The position numbers and the translations under genes are program-made. Positions 50,977 through 61,300 of a DNA stretch of 64,000 bases are shown here, in pieces. The notes below the pieces were generated by a model. The model saw only the letters and a program-made list of their open reading frames with translations. It had not been told where the DNA came from and ran no database searches. The DNA comes from a virus (Duplodnaviria > Caudoviricetes). Position 1 is the stretch's first letter, and every line of letters starts with the position of its first letter. The stretch lies in the IMG/VR virus record IMGVR_UViG_3300020048_000002. The stretch is one strand, 5' to 3'.

Positions 50977-51011
50977 ATATGCCTCGGTTGTACTTGCCGA
51001 CAATCGAGGCG

Positions 51012-51698
51012 TCAACCTTCTTGTGGTAGGCTGTCGAGCAACGACTCCAGGGCTTTTCGTTCGTGGGCCTCTCGGAGGGTTGCTTGCAGCCTATCGGAAC
51101 GAGCTTCTCCCGGGTCGAGTAGATGCCCGGCTTCGTTCCCCCAAACATCCCAGCCGGGGGCGCACGTACGGGCAAACATCTCAAGCCGAGGCACGTCCCC
51201 AAACAACTCCTCGATTCGGTGACGGAAATCTTCGGGCTTCTGAGAGTGCGCTCCTCTAGGCGCAAACACGACTTGCCCCTGACTCTCCGTCTGAAGCGGA
51301 AGGGTTCGCCCCGTCTTGTGTGTGGAACCCACCAGCACAAACTCCGTCGTTGGCTTCACGAACGACGGACGCACACCCTGCCCATGGATGACCTGCCCAG
51401 CGTTGGTCGTTTTGACCCACACATAGGCAACCCCACGGTAGTGGAATCCCCAATCGCGGATAAGGTCCACCGCTTCGTCGAGCTTAGGCCCGGTAGCCCA
51501 CAGGAGGAGAGCGGCAGACTTGGCAGCGAGCGATCGTACCGGGAGCGCACGAAGCTCGCTGTAGTCCATCATGTTGTAGTGCTTACCGGCCGCCTGATCC
51601 TTGTCCGGATCCCCGTAGTAAGACCAACAGGGGTCGGAATAGATGACCGAATACCGGCCCTTGGGGGCCAAGGCAAGGTCTAGCGGAAGCACGCCCAT
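51012..51698 (-). CDS. MT-A70 family adenine methyltransferase
   Basis: YSVIYSDPCW, LLLWAT, WGF.Y, HSQKPE and RLEMFAR..GWDVWGNE. Confidence 0.88.
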   Translation of the reverse strand: MGVLPLDLALAPKGRYSVIYSDPCWSYYGDPDKDQAAGKHYNMMDYSELRALPVRSLAAKSAALLLWATGPKLDEAVDLIRDWGFHYRGVAYVWVKTTNAGQVIHGQGVRPSFVKPTTEFVLVGSTHKTGRTLPLQTESQGQVVFAPRGAHSQKPEDFRHRIEELFGDVPRLEMFARTCAPGWDVWGNEAGHLLDPGEARSDRLQATLREAHERKALESLLDSLPQEG

Positions 51699-51716
51699 GC
51701 GAGGGCTTTTACACCA

Positions 51717-52346
51717 CTAGAGCACAACAAGGGGGCTCAACTGCACCTTGTTGACCGTGCCGGTCATGCTGGAAAGCGCCATGGGCACATCAAGGCCGAT
51801 CTGAAGCCCCTGGATGCGGAACGAGGTCCAGGCCGCCAAGGGGTCTGTCACTGACCATTCGGCAACCGGCACGAAAGCGTTGTTCACCTTGAGGGCCGCG
51901 TAACGAAGCCCTTGAACAAGCCGGGTCGAATCCCAGACCAGGCGCAGAACGAGAGGTTGCCCAGCAGGGATGGATGCCCCTGTCGGAGCCGACTCAGCAA
52001 CCGAGTTTCCTGCGGCATCTTGCACAACTACGAACGGACGATTGTTCGCATCGAGAGCAAGCGCCATGTACGGGGTGTAGACGTCCAACTGGGCACTCAA
52101 CGCAACAACGTTCTGCGTCATGCCTCCAGCACCCGTCGTCACATACGCCTCCAAGGTTCCCCGCAAACCTGCGTGGAGCACCTTGCGGCTACCCGTTCCC
52201 CGCTCCTGGATGTTGGCCCCAGCCAGGAGTTGCGTTACCCCTTGGTGGTTCTGGCCAACGCTGGGTCCTACACTCGGCTGAGGGGCCACAAAGTTGATGT
52301 CTCCAATGAGACCGGACGGGTAGATGATGGAAGCGGGCTCACTCAT
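51717..52346 (-). CDS. Beta-rich (LamG-like) putative virion protein
   Basis: Beta-strand pattern LRLVWDS...LKVN; weak assignment. Confidence 0.5.
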   Translation of the reverse strand: MSEPASIIYPSGLIGDINFVAPQPSVGPSVGQNHQGVTQLLAGANIQERGTGSRKVLHAGLRGTLEAYVTTGAGGMTQNVVALSAQLDVYTPYMALALDANNRPFVVVQDAAGNSVAESAPTGASIPAGQPLVLRLVWDSTRLVQGLRYAALKVNNAFVPVAEWSVTDPLAAWTSFRIQGLQIGLDVPMALSSMTGTVNKVQLSPLVVL

Positions 52347-52390
52347 GCCTTTGTTCCTCGGATAATACTTTACCGATAATCAACAAAGGC

Positions 52391-52645
52391 ATGGCCTTTC
52401 AAATCGGCGACTGGGTAGCTCTTCGGCCAGGGGTCGAACTAACCAACACACCATCTACAAGTGTGTCTTACTCCGCCACGGGCTTCATTCTGGAGTTCGA
52501 TGGGGTGGACACGTACGACGTCGCTCTTGTGGCTAGTGAAACGGTTTCCGTCAGTGCTTCCGACCTTCGAGTCATCGGCTCGCTGACTCGTGCTCGAAGT
52601 GATGCGTTTGGCCTCACCCCAGAGCCTCCCTTGTTCCCCTCCTGA
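52391..52645 (+). CDS. Small SH3/KOW-like protein
   Basis: FQIGDWVAL...G.I...YDV...VSASDL. Confidence 0.55.
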   Translation: MAFQIGDWVALRPGVELTNTPSTSVSYSATGFILEFDGVDTYDVALVASETVSVSASDLRVIGSLTRARSDAFGLTPEPPLFPS

Positions 52646-52755
52646 AACTTTGTTGGACGGCTTCAGGCCGTTTAGGTGCGCCACATTCGGCGCACCCGTC
52701 CAACTAAAAACTGGATCCGGGCCGTGTTACCAGGGGCGTTGAGCTGCCTAATGCT

Positions 52756-53100
52756 CTACCCCTGAGCATCCCCCGCATCGTCTTGTGCGACGGGGCTATC
52801 TTGCACAAGGGCTGGGGGAAGTTGCATCGGCTCAGGGTTCGCGATGCAGTCGTCGATGTAAACCCGAAGAGGATGGGCCACGTCGAGGATGTGGGTCATA
52901 CCCTCAGCGGTCAGGCCCCCAGTGACGAAGAACCCGGCCAGATCCTTCGGTGGGACGAACGGTTTACGGTAAGGCGCGTTCAAGATCTCGTCCAAAGAAA
53001 CTGGGCTTGGCGCAGCTCCCGAGGCCCTAGCTGCTTGCTCGTCCCGGTAAAGCTCAGCCATTTTCAGAAGGTGCTTGCAGTATTCGCTAGAGGGCTTCAT
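52756..53100 (-). CDS. Hypothetical protein
   Basis: 114-aa ORF. Confidence 0.5.
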   Translation of the reverse strand: MKPSSEYCKHLLKMAELYRDEQAARASGAAPSPVSLDEILNAPYRKPFVPPKDLAGFFVTGGLTAEGMTHILDVAHPLRVYIDDCIANPEPMQLPPALVQDSPVAQDDAGDAQG

Positions 53101-53187
53101 ACTCGAAACTCCGACGTCGTGGTGTCTAGCCTAAGTCGCGGGAAAGGTGAATTCGCTAACTTTCCTTTCGGCTTTCTCTAGTGTACC

Positions 53188-53808
53188 ATGCAAACCTTCC
53201 CCGACGACGTAAACAGACTGCTCCGCACAGCGTCGGCCAAGAGCCGTACGGCCCATAGGACCTTTGAGTGCCGAGCCTTCAAGTCTGCTGAGTGGAACGA
53301 GTGGACCGAGGAATGGGCGACCCGTATCTACGGGTTCCTCGCAGAGGCGCTCGGACCGATGGGGAAAGAGCCCCTACCCACCATCCTGCCCATGTCGCAA
53401 GGGCATCACATGGCGTGGGCCACGGCGAGCTTTGAGCCCGACTCGGGTCAGATTCGACTCTCGGACTGCATCGAGGGGATGCCCGGTCAAACCCTCGAAA
53501 AGCTGACTCACGAGATGACTCACGCGAGTCTGGCTCAGTTTCCAGAGGGAGACAGTTTCTACGAGGAGGGCTTTGTGGACTATTCCGTCTGGGTCATGTC
53601 GCACGCACCCGTTTGGGGCGAGCACCGAGAAGCCATGATTCAAGCGGCAGCCTACAACATCGCCCAACGTCGAGAGCGTGCCCTGAAGCAGTTGTCCGAC
53701 TGGGATGTGAAAAGGTGGGCCGGGGGCCTGTATGCTAACATGGCCCATGGACCGTTCATCATCGCCCGTCTACGGATGCGCAAGGCCGAAGGCAACCCAG
53801 TGTGGTGA
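53188..53808 (+). CDS. HExxH zinc metallopeptidase-like protein
   Basis: LTHEMTH...YEEGFVDY (gluzincin-like). Confidence 0.7.
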   Translation: MQTFPDDVNRLLRTASAKSRTAHRTFECRAFKSAEWNEWTEEWATRIYGFLAEALGPMGKEPLPTILPMSQGHHMAWATASFEPDSGQIRLSDCIEGMPGQTLEKLTHEMTHASLAQFPEGDSFYEEGFVDYSVWVMSHAPVWGEHREAMIQAAAYNIAQRRERALKQLSDWDVKRWAGGLYANMAHGPFIIARLRMRKAEGNPVW

Positions 53809-54062
53809 CTGAGGTCTGGTTCGTCTACGTTCTCTACAGCATCAAAACAGCCAAGCTCTACACGGGGATCTCGAAAGACCCCCAGCAACGGCTTGAGCGA
53901 CACAACGCTGGAAAGGGAGCCAAGTACACGCGCCAAGGGAGACCTTGGCGCATCGTCTACTTGGAACCGAAGGAGTCCCGAGGGGATGCCCTTCGACGGG
54001 AGTATGAAATCAAGGGCCTCACACGGGCCGAGAAACTACTCCTGGCCGGGCTCGCAGCTTAG
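53802..54062 (+). CDS. GIY-YIG nuclease family protein
   Basis: WFVYVL...LYTGIS..RL.RHN.GKGAKYT...RE. Confidence 0.9.
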   Translation: MVTEVWFVYVLYSIKTAKLYTGISKDPQQRLERHNAGKGAKYTRQGRPWRIVYLEPKESRGDALRREYEIKGLTRAEKLLLAGLAA

Positions 54063-54919
54063 AAGGCCGAGCTGTCTACGCTGGCATTTCGACTCGATGC
54101 TTGAAGATGCTTGTTCAGCACCTTCTTGATCTTGTCCTTGTAGCCGTTGGCCTTGCTCCACATGCCCATCGACACCGGGACACCTCCGGCACCCAAAAGC
54201 TCAGGGAGGTGGAGCCGCTTGGCCAGCAGCGACTCACGCCCCTTCTTCGGATCTCCGATGATCTCGATGTCCTCGTAGCCCTCCAAAACCATGTCGAGGT
54301 AACCAGGAGCCCACGGGGCGATCTTTGCGAGATCACGCTTGACCGCTCGCATGTCTAGGCGGAAGAACATTTCCTTGAACGTGTCCGCTGCATTGGGGTC
54401 GTCCAAGTCGATCATCCCAGAAGGGGATTCATCCTCGTCCGTGTCGTGGAGCGACACCTCACGACGACGACTCTGAGACTTGACTGCATCCTTGACGGCG
54501 TTGCCTACACTCGTGAGCACGAAGCCCTGAGCCGAGGTCAAAGAGGAACCCTCTTGGATCAGCTCGGGGTGGAGGAAGATCTTCGTCATGACCGTCATCA
54601 TGGCGTCTTCGACCAAGTCGGGATCGCGTACCTTGCGAAGGAACGTCAGCTCCACCTTGCGTCCAAAGTCCTCGAAGTACCCTCGTGGCAGCGTGTCCGC
54701 AGGCTTCCGTGCCTTCGGGTCCCATCGGGGACCGGGATCCGGCATCCCCTGAACGTCCCGTAGCAGGAACACGGACCCGATCGTCTGAGCAAATGGCCCA
54801 GCAATCGTGGAGAGAGCCGTGAGAACACGGGCAAAGCGAACCCCCCAAGGGAGCGAGCGGAAAATGCTCGCTCGGAGTTCCATCGCCGCAAAACGAAGGG
54901 AGGCAACGCGATCCATCAC
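54059..54919 (-). CDS. Divergent sigma70/ECF region-2-like protein
   Basis: DPDLVEDAMMTVMTKI...FVLTSVGNAVKDAVKSQSRRREVSL resembles ECF regions 2.2-2.4; region 4 is atypical. Confidence 0.55.
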   Translation of the reverse strand: MMDRVASLRFAAMELRASIFRSLPWGVRFARVLTALSTIAGPFAQTIGSVFLLRDVQGMPDPGPRWDPKARKPADTLPRGYFEDFGRKVELTFLRKVRDPDLVEDAMMTVMTKIFLHPELIQEGSSLTSAQGFVLTSVGNAVKDAVKSQSRRREVSLHDTDEDESPSGMIDLDDPNAADTFKEMFFRLDMRAVKRDLAKIAPWAPGYLDMVLEGYEDIEIIGDPKKGRESLLAKRLHLPELLGAGGVPVSMGMWSKANGYKDKIKKVLNKHLQASSRNASVDSSAF

Positions 54920-54941
54920 CTCCCCCGACTTATCAAAGGAT

Positions 54942-55739
54942 TCAACCCTGTCTGAGACGTTGAATCCTGTAAGTCACAGACCGAGACAGCTTCAGCCTAC
55001 GTGCTGCCTCCAGAGCCGTGCAACCCTCGGAGAGTAGGGAGCAGAAGTCGGGTTCAGCCGGACCTAGCTGGAGTTGTTCGATCGCAGATTGGACCTCAAC
55101 ACGAGCAACCACCCGACGCGCTGCTTCGTTTACGTCGGAGACGACATCGAACAAATCCATCTCGGCCTCGTGATCGGATTTTGGCCGGATGTGAAAGTCG
55201 ATGGGTCGATCCTTGTGTCTTCGGTGAAACGTCCGACACCAGTTGGCCCATGCGTTGTGAACCGCCTGTTGAAGGTACGTTCGGAAGTGAGCCCCCGTCG
55301 AATGAGGGATCAGGCGCTCAGAATCCGCGATCTTCTCGTGGTGCTCGTAGACGGAAAACTCGTACTTTTCGACATCATCTGTCGCCCAAAGTGCATCTAG
55401 GGAGTCCACGTCCCCAGCGATCGGTGTAGGCATCCAGGAGATTGTCCGATCCCCGCTGTGGTACAACGCTTGAGCATCACACCACGAGTCCACCGAGATC
55501 CCAAGATGCTGACATACCTCCTCGGTCGTCAAAGCATCCGGACGAGCTTCCGCCGCCCGTCGGTGGAACTTCTCGACGATACGAGCCTCCACCAGACGGA
55601 GCAAGACCGACTGATGGATGTCCTCGAAATTTTCGTTCCGGCGGTTGTACCGCAGAACGAGACTCGCGATGTACCCTCCGTACATCGCGATGAGTTCATC
55701 GTTGTTCTGGGGGATCTTTCCCCCCGTTTGTTCCTCCAC
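54942..55739 (-). CDS. ECF-like sigma factor with an internal HTH insertion
   Basis: YGGYIASLVLRY...FEDIHQSVLLRL [insert] FRTYLQQAVHNAWANWCR ... EGCTALEAARRLKLSRSV. Confidence 0.65.
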   Translation of the reverse strand: MEEQTGGKIPQNNDELIAMYGGYIASLVLRYNRRNENFEDIHQSVLLRLVEARIVEKFHRRAAEARPDALTTEEVCQHLGISVDSWCDAQALYHSGDRTISWMPTPIAGDVDSLDALWATDDVEKYEFSVYEHHEKIADSERLIPHSTGAHFRTYLQQAVHNAWANWCRTFHRRHKDRPIDFHIRPKSDHEAEMDLFDVVSDVNEAARRVVARVEVQSAIEQLQLGPAEPDFCSLLSEGCTALEAARRLKLSRSVTYRIQRLRQG

Positions 55740-55753
55740 GCTTACCTCCCCCC

Positions 55754-55783
55754 TAGTACGACTGAGACAGGCTCAAAATCAAC
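55754..55783 (-). promoter_or_regulatory. Class A promoter-like motif upstream of the sigma-like gene
   Basis: Copy 3 of 3, followed by GGAGG SD. Confidence 0.7.
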
Positions 55784-56005
55784 CAAGCCTGTTCTTTTGT
55801 CCGTGGTTGCCGCCACAAACTAGGGAACACACGTCTACCAAAAGGCCCTAAACAAAGCAACAAAATGCCGGAACATACCCAAGACTTTACTTGAAGGATG
55901 CTTCGGACCGGTGTAAGACCTCATTGTGAAAACGGTTGCCGCCGTTCTCGCGTTCCTCCCCGCGATGCCTCCGTGCCCTCACGGAGGCATCGCCCTTTCA
56001 GCCCC

Positions 56006-56563
56006 ATGGACACCACAAGCCCCCACAAACTGCAACAGGTGTTGATCGAGTGCGAAGCGATGCACGCGATCAACACGTTCATGCGACTCGGCCCCACCAA
56101 CAAGAATGTGTGGCAGGCGGTGAAACGAGCCTACGATGTGCGCGGCCCGAGTGAAACCGTGTTGGACTACGTGACGACAGAGGCGTTAGCACACCTTGTA
56201 CGTCAAACGTCCAAAGAGCCTCCCGTAACATCCCCCGCACCGGTATCATCTTACATCGGGGAGACTTTGGGTCTCGCTTGGGTCGCTTGGAAACAGGGTC
56301 ATGATCGACTTGCCAGGGAGCTGATTGAGAAAACCCACGAACCAGTCCACAAGCGGATCATCGTATCGGGCCGGACCAGAGGGATGGACATGTTCGCCTT
56401 CTCTTTCTGGCACCGGGGGATCGAACATTTGCTCGACGGAAAGCTAGACGAAGGCAAACGCATGTGGCAACGCGCCATCGAGGTCGCCACTGTTTTTGGC
56501 TCAGAAGCTAGCCCGACTCTTCAGTGGACCCACGCTGCCTCTTTCTACACTTTACCTCAGTAG
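56006..56563 (+). CDS. Hypothetical helical (TPR-like) protein
   Basis: Start probably ATG 56006. Confidence 0.55.
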   Translation: MDTTSPHKLQQVLIECEAMHAINTFMRLGPTNKNVWQAVKRAYDVRGPSETVLDYVTTEALAHLVRQTSKEPPVTSPAPVSSYIGETLGLAWVAWKQGHDRLARELIEKTHEPVHKRIIVSGRTRGMDMFAFSFWHRGIEHLLDGKLDEGKRMWQRAIEVATVFGSEASPTLQWTHAASFYTLPQ

Positions 56564-56574
56564 AAGCGAGATTT

Positions 56575-58155
56575 TCACGAGTCGAAGTAGTTTTCGCTCA
56601 GAAGCCTCGCCCGAAGGTAATCCGGGTCTGCGTAAGGCTCGTCTTCACGGATGATGAAAAGCCGGAACCGTCCATCCTCTCTTACCTGCCGTGCCTTCTC
56701 ACGATCCCGTTCGACAAGCTCCTCGTAAGTGCTTCCCTCTTCGAAGAACCATACGGATGCTGGGTCGTAGTGCTGCGAGCCCTGAAACTCACATAAGAGT
56801 CGGTACTCGGGGAAGAAACCGTCAAAACGAAAACGGCCCCCTGTTCGAGGATTGATGAACGTCCCATCGTTCCACTCGGTTTCGTAGCTCGATGTCTCCA
56901 ACACTTCGGCCAGTGTCTCCAAGAAGATAGCTTGAGAGACCGCTGTGTGTGAGATGGGTAACCCATGCTTTGCACACTCACGGCGAATCGTTACAAAGGC
57001 ATGACCGAGACCCACTATTGCACGCCCCACCGAAATCTTCCCGTTCTTGAGTGCGAAGGGGAGGAGCTGTTCGGGGGACAGGCTGACCTCGTTGCCGCTT
57101 GTCCAGTATCGTTTCTCTCGAACGGCTGCGACAGATTGGCTCATGGTTCGAATACGGCTATCCGAGCCTTTCGTGAGGCCCTTCGACCATGTAAGACGAC
57201 CTGCCATCTTGGCGGCATGACTCGCTACCCGTTCATCCGTGCCCTTTGTGAGACCCGCATTCCACCGACCCGCGTTCGCAGCCATCTTGGCTCGGGTTTC
57301 GGGGGAGATAGTGCGGCCCTTCAGGGGTGAAACTCGAACAATAGAGGTAGCCTTTGGGCGTTCGGCTTCTACACAGTCAGGGCAACGGGTTTCGTGGGTC
57401 GTGGGCGCAAAGGTTAGCCCCACCGTTCGGAGTGCCCCACAGGAGGAACACGGAACCGTGCGAGTCTGCCCTTTACGGGGAGACTCCCGATGAGCTTGCC
57501 GAGCCTGCTCGGCTCGTGCCTCCCGTAGTGCGTCGGCTTGTACTTCGGCCCCATTGAACCGAGCCCGATAGGCTTCCACGGAGAGATCGTGTTCGGCCCG
57601 AAGGTGCCCGTCGATCCGCACTCCACGGTGCCCACAAAGTCGGCACCGTAGGTAGTCCTGGCCTTCTTGTTTACCCGCCCATTCGGCCTCGGCTTGAGCT
57701 TCGAGGTAAGCTCGATGAGCCTCGGGGTCACCGTGTTGGGGACGAGCCATGTGCCCCGACAAGCCCTTCTCGCCCACGCATCCTAGCCCACACACCGGAC
57801 AAGTGCGATCGGCCCCACGCTCCTTCCCTTCACAACCAAGGCAAAGGATGCGGTTGGAACGTGCCCGTTGAAGCACGTTCAAGGTCACGGGAGCCGAACA
57901 CGAGGAGCAAAGCTCCGTCACTTCGGCGATTGTACGAGGCTTACCCGCCGTCGCACGTCCTGTCTCAGCGGCAGCCTTTGCTTGGATGGTCTTTCCTCTG
58001 GCGTCGAATGCTTCCTGCCCGAACTCTCCCACCCACCACTTGCGAAGGGTGTTGGGGCTGACACCTAACCGCTGGGCCAACGCCTTGAAAGGCTCCTCCG
58101 TATGGAAGAGTGGAAAGGTGTCGGCAGGTAGAGGGGCGTTTGGGTTTTTGGGCAT
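56575..58155 (-). CDS. Modular homing endonuclease-like protein (HTH, zinc fingers, MucR-like, NUMOD3 repeats, Vsr/PD-(D/E)XK nuclease)
   Basis: LGVSPNTLRKW, several CxxC, HLRAEHDLSVEAYRARF, two W.xGLTK repeats and FRFDGF...EFQGSQH...D.EK. Confidence 0.75.
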   Translation of the reverse strand: MPKNPNAPLPADTFPLFHTEEPFKALAQRLGVSPNTLRKWWVGEFGQEAFDARGKTIQAKAAAETGRATAGKPRTIAEVTELCSSCSAPVTLNVLQRARSNRILCLGCEGKERGADRTCPVCGLGCVGEKGLSGHMARPQHGDPEAHRAYLEAQAEAEWAGKQEGQDYLRCRLCGHRGVRIDGHLRAEHDLSVEAYRARFNGAEVQADALREARAEQARQAHRESPRKGQTRTVPCSSCGALRTVGLTFAPTTHETRCPDCVEAERPKATSIVRVSPLKGRTISPETRAKMAANAGRWNAGLTKGTDERVASHAAKMAGRLTWSKGLTKGSDSRIRTMSQSVAAVREKRYWTSGNEVSLSPEQLLPFALKNGKISVGRAIVGLGHAFVTIRRECAKHGLPISHTAVSQAIFLETLAEVLETSSYETEWNDGTFINPRTGGRFRFDGFFPEYRLLCEFQGSQHYDPASVWFFEEGSTYEELVERDREKARQVREDGRFRLFIIREDEPYADPDYLRARLLSENYFDS

Positions 58156-58181
58156 GACAAAGCCTCCGAAAGTCGCCGCTT

Positions 58182-58210
58182 AGGATACGACGCTCTCGGA
58201 GGCTTGTCAA
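58182..58210 (-). promoter_or_regulatory. Sigma70-type promoter
   Basis: TTGACA-N17-TATCCT. Confidence 0.75.
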
Positions 58211-58253
58211 GTCGTGCTAACTGTTCTGACTTTCTAACTCAGCTTCTTGGCCA

Positions 58254-58300
58254 CACCTACATCAAAACCCTGCTTTTTGCGGAGGTCTTAGATGTAGGTG
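58254..58300. other. Hairpin right after the sheath stop codon
   Basis: CACCTACATC...GATGTAGGTG. Confidence 0.45.
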
Positions 58301-58307
58301 CGTGTAA

Positions 58308-61300
58308 TCAAAGCTGCGCTCGAACGTTGAAGGTCAAAACGATATACAAAAGCGGGAAAACAGGCTGGTAGTAAGCCTCGAACCGCAGCACGGTGGGGTC
58401 GTTGGGGTCGACTGCCGAGCTGATGCCCGTGAAGGCTGCCACGATCTCAGCCGAGACGAGCTGCTTGAAAAGGCTCGTCATGGTGAGGTTGACCTCCTGG
58501 ACGCGACCAGCAAGGAACTTCGTTCCGACGAACCGATCGAGAGTGAACCGGCTCTGCTGCTGAACGTGGTCGGAGATCTGCGTGACCGTGGGGAGGCGCG
58601 TGAGGATCGAGTCCATCTTGGTCGTGAGACCCTGACGAACACGAACGATCGGATCGAGGTCCTCTAGGAGAGTCACGCCCTTCACGGCTGTCTGGTTCGC
58701 TTCCACCGGATCCAGGATGCGGGGGATTCGGGTGAAGCCTTGGATCTGACGGCGCGTGTACGGCGTTGCCACGTCCACCGAGGGGCTCACCACCGCACCG
58801 GCCATGGCCGCTGCGAAGAACGAACCGTCGACAACCGACTCGAAGCTCTGTCCGAGTTGGTCCGTCAGGGTGACGATGGCGACGTCGGGGTAGAAGGCCA
58901 CGATACGGTTCGAGTTGAGGCTCGATGCGATCGTAGCTGCTGCCGAGGGCGTCGTGTTCGGTGCGAACCCGATGAAGCCCATCCGTTCCGCTTGGTTCTG
59001 GATGAGGCTCTGCGTCTCGCAGTGTTGGACGAGTTGGGCGTACACCGCCGTGGACGTGGCAAGCGGGATGATGAGATCCGGCTTGATGTTGCCCGGGAGC
59101 GGCGTCGTCAGCTCGTTGAGGGCTGCGATGAAGTTGGAGTCCGGTGCCTGGTTGCTGTTGGCTGCCTTGAGGACCTGCTTGATACCCACGAACAGGGCAC
59201 CGTTCAGGATCGCCAAGTAGGCCGCTAGCGTGACTCGGTTCTCCGCCGAGGTTCGACCGAAGTTCGCCTCGATGGTCTTCAGTTGCCGGAAGATCCGGGT
59301 CGTGTAGTCCTGCTTGAGGTACTTGTAGCTGATGTAGTACGGGTCCCCGTTGGCAGGCTCGATACCCGTTGGAGCAAACGTCTGAAGGTTTGCCGTGTCC
59401 TCGGGGGCGACGCCAACGGTGTTGCTCACCGTCAGCTCCATGCCGGGAACCGAGTAGAACGGGATGGCCGGGTTCACGAGGAAGGTCGGGCTCACGTTCA
59501 TCGTGAAGCTACCACCAATCGTGTAGCTCCCCGTGCTCGACGGGAGGATGGTGAAGCGTAGACCCGTCCCCGTATCCGTGTACGTCTGCCCCGGAATGCC
59601 CGTACCGGACGAACCAGCCGGGTTGTTCGAGCTGACCGTGAAGATGTCCTCTGCGTCCTCGCCAACGTCTCCATCCGTCCCGACGGTGATGTTGACCCCG
59701 GTCGTGAGGTTGAAGGCCGAGTTCGCACTGGCCACGAACCCGATGCTCGAAGTCGTTAGACCCGTGGCAAGCGAGATGATGCCCAGGTACGTGCGACCCT
59801 GGATGCTCGTCGGGAACGCTACACCCGCCGTCAGGAAACCTGCCGTCGAGTTGAGCGTGTTGGCCACCTCTTGAGCCGAGACTCGAATCTGGCTTGCGGC
59901 CTGATTCTGCACGAACCCAAGCGTTGCGTTGGCATTGCCGTCGAGGATCACGAGAGCCGAAGTATCGACATTCGTGGGGCTCATCAGACGGAGCTTGTCG
60001 AGGTTGCTCAGGGTACCCGCAGAGGCAAGGCCCGCCAGGACGAGGTTGATGGCCGCTGCTACTGCTGCCGTGGCAACCGCCGCACCTGCCGGGAGCGTGG
60101 CCGTATAGTCCACACCATCGACTCGAACCTTGAAGGTGTCGTTGACACCCGTCGTGATGGCGAACGGGCCTGCAATCTCCCCGAGGAGTGTGGCGGGCTT
60201 GTTCACCGAGTTGGGCGACCCGAGAGCCGACGAGAAGGTCGTGAAGCCGAGTGTCGATTCCGCCGTCCCTTGGGCGACGTAGACCTTCGACACAGCATCG
60301 AACCCGCCCGGAAGTGCGCCCGGGGTCGAGTACGACTTGACGATGAAGTGGATGTCTCCCGTGCCGGGACCACCAACCTGAACGCGAGAGCACAGGCTGT
60401 TCGGTGCCGTACCGCTGAAGGCCGGGTCGGCATCGATGGCTGCGTTGATTTCGCCGACGATGAACGCGGGCGTCTGGTTACCCGTCGTGAGCGTCACAGC
60501 GATCGATACACCATCGATCTCCAGGTTGAGGTCCTCGGAGCCGCTGAGGATCGACACCTTGCCGAGGTCGGGACCCGACTGAATCGGCGTGACCGCACCA
60601 CCGACGAGGAAGCCCTTCGTCGCTGCCGCGAGGTTCGAGGTGTAGTTCACCCCGTTCAGCTTGGTGACCCACGTTGCCGAGAACGGCGTGTAGAACGAGT
60701 AGGGCTCAGCACCCTTGATCACGTACTCCGCGTTCGTCGGATCTGACTGGTCGAACGTGATCGTGACCGTCTCGCTGACCGCCGTCCCAGCTCCCGTGTG
60801 GAAAGCGTCCGGCACCTGCTCGGCCCCACGCGGCCACTGCACCGTCTCGGGCAGGCCGACCTTCGTACCAAACCGGGTCTGGTAGAGGTTCGAGTTGGAG
60901 AGAGCCGACGTTACCTGATACTGACCGACGCCAACCGCTCCGGCGACCTTGTTCGTGAACGTGAACGTGTCGTCCTGGAGACGGCTGTAGTAGAACGTGG
61001 CGTACGCCTGGTAATCCGGCGGCACCGGGTCCTTGAGGCTGATACGACGGGTTGCACCATCGACCGTGGTGACCATGGCAGCCCCACGCTGTAGAGCGTC
61101 GTAGAACGAACGACCAACGTACACCTCGACAAGATCGGGGCGGTTCGTGGTGAGGTCCTGACGGCCATTGGTGACGAGGTTGTAGTCCGTGATACCGAGC
61201 GGCGTGTTGCGCCCGTTCCCCATCGTGGGGATCTCAGGGAGGAGGAAGTCCGTCGTCGAAACGGTCGCAGGGATCGTCGTCGAATCGACGACACGCTCAC

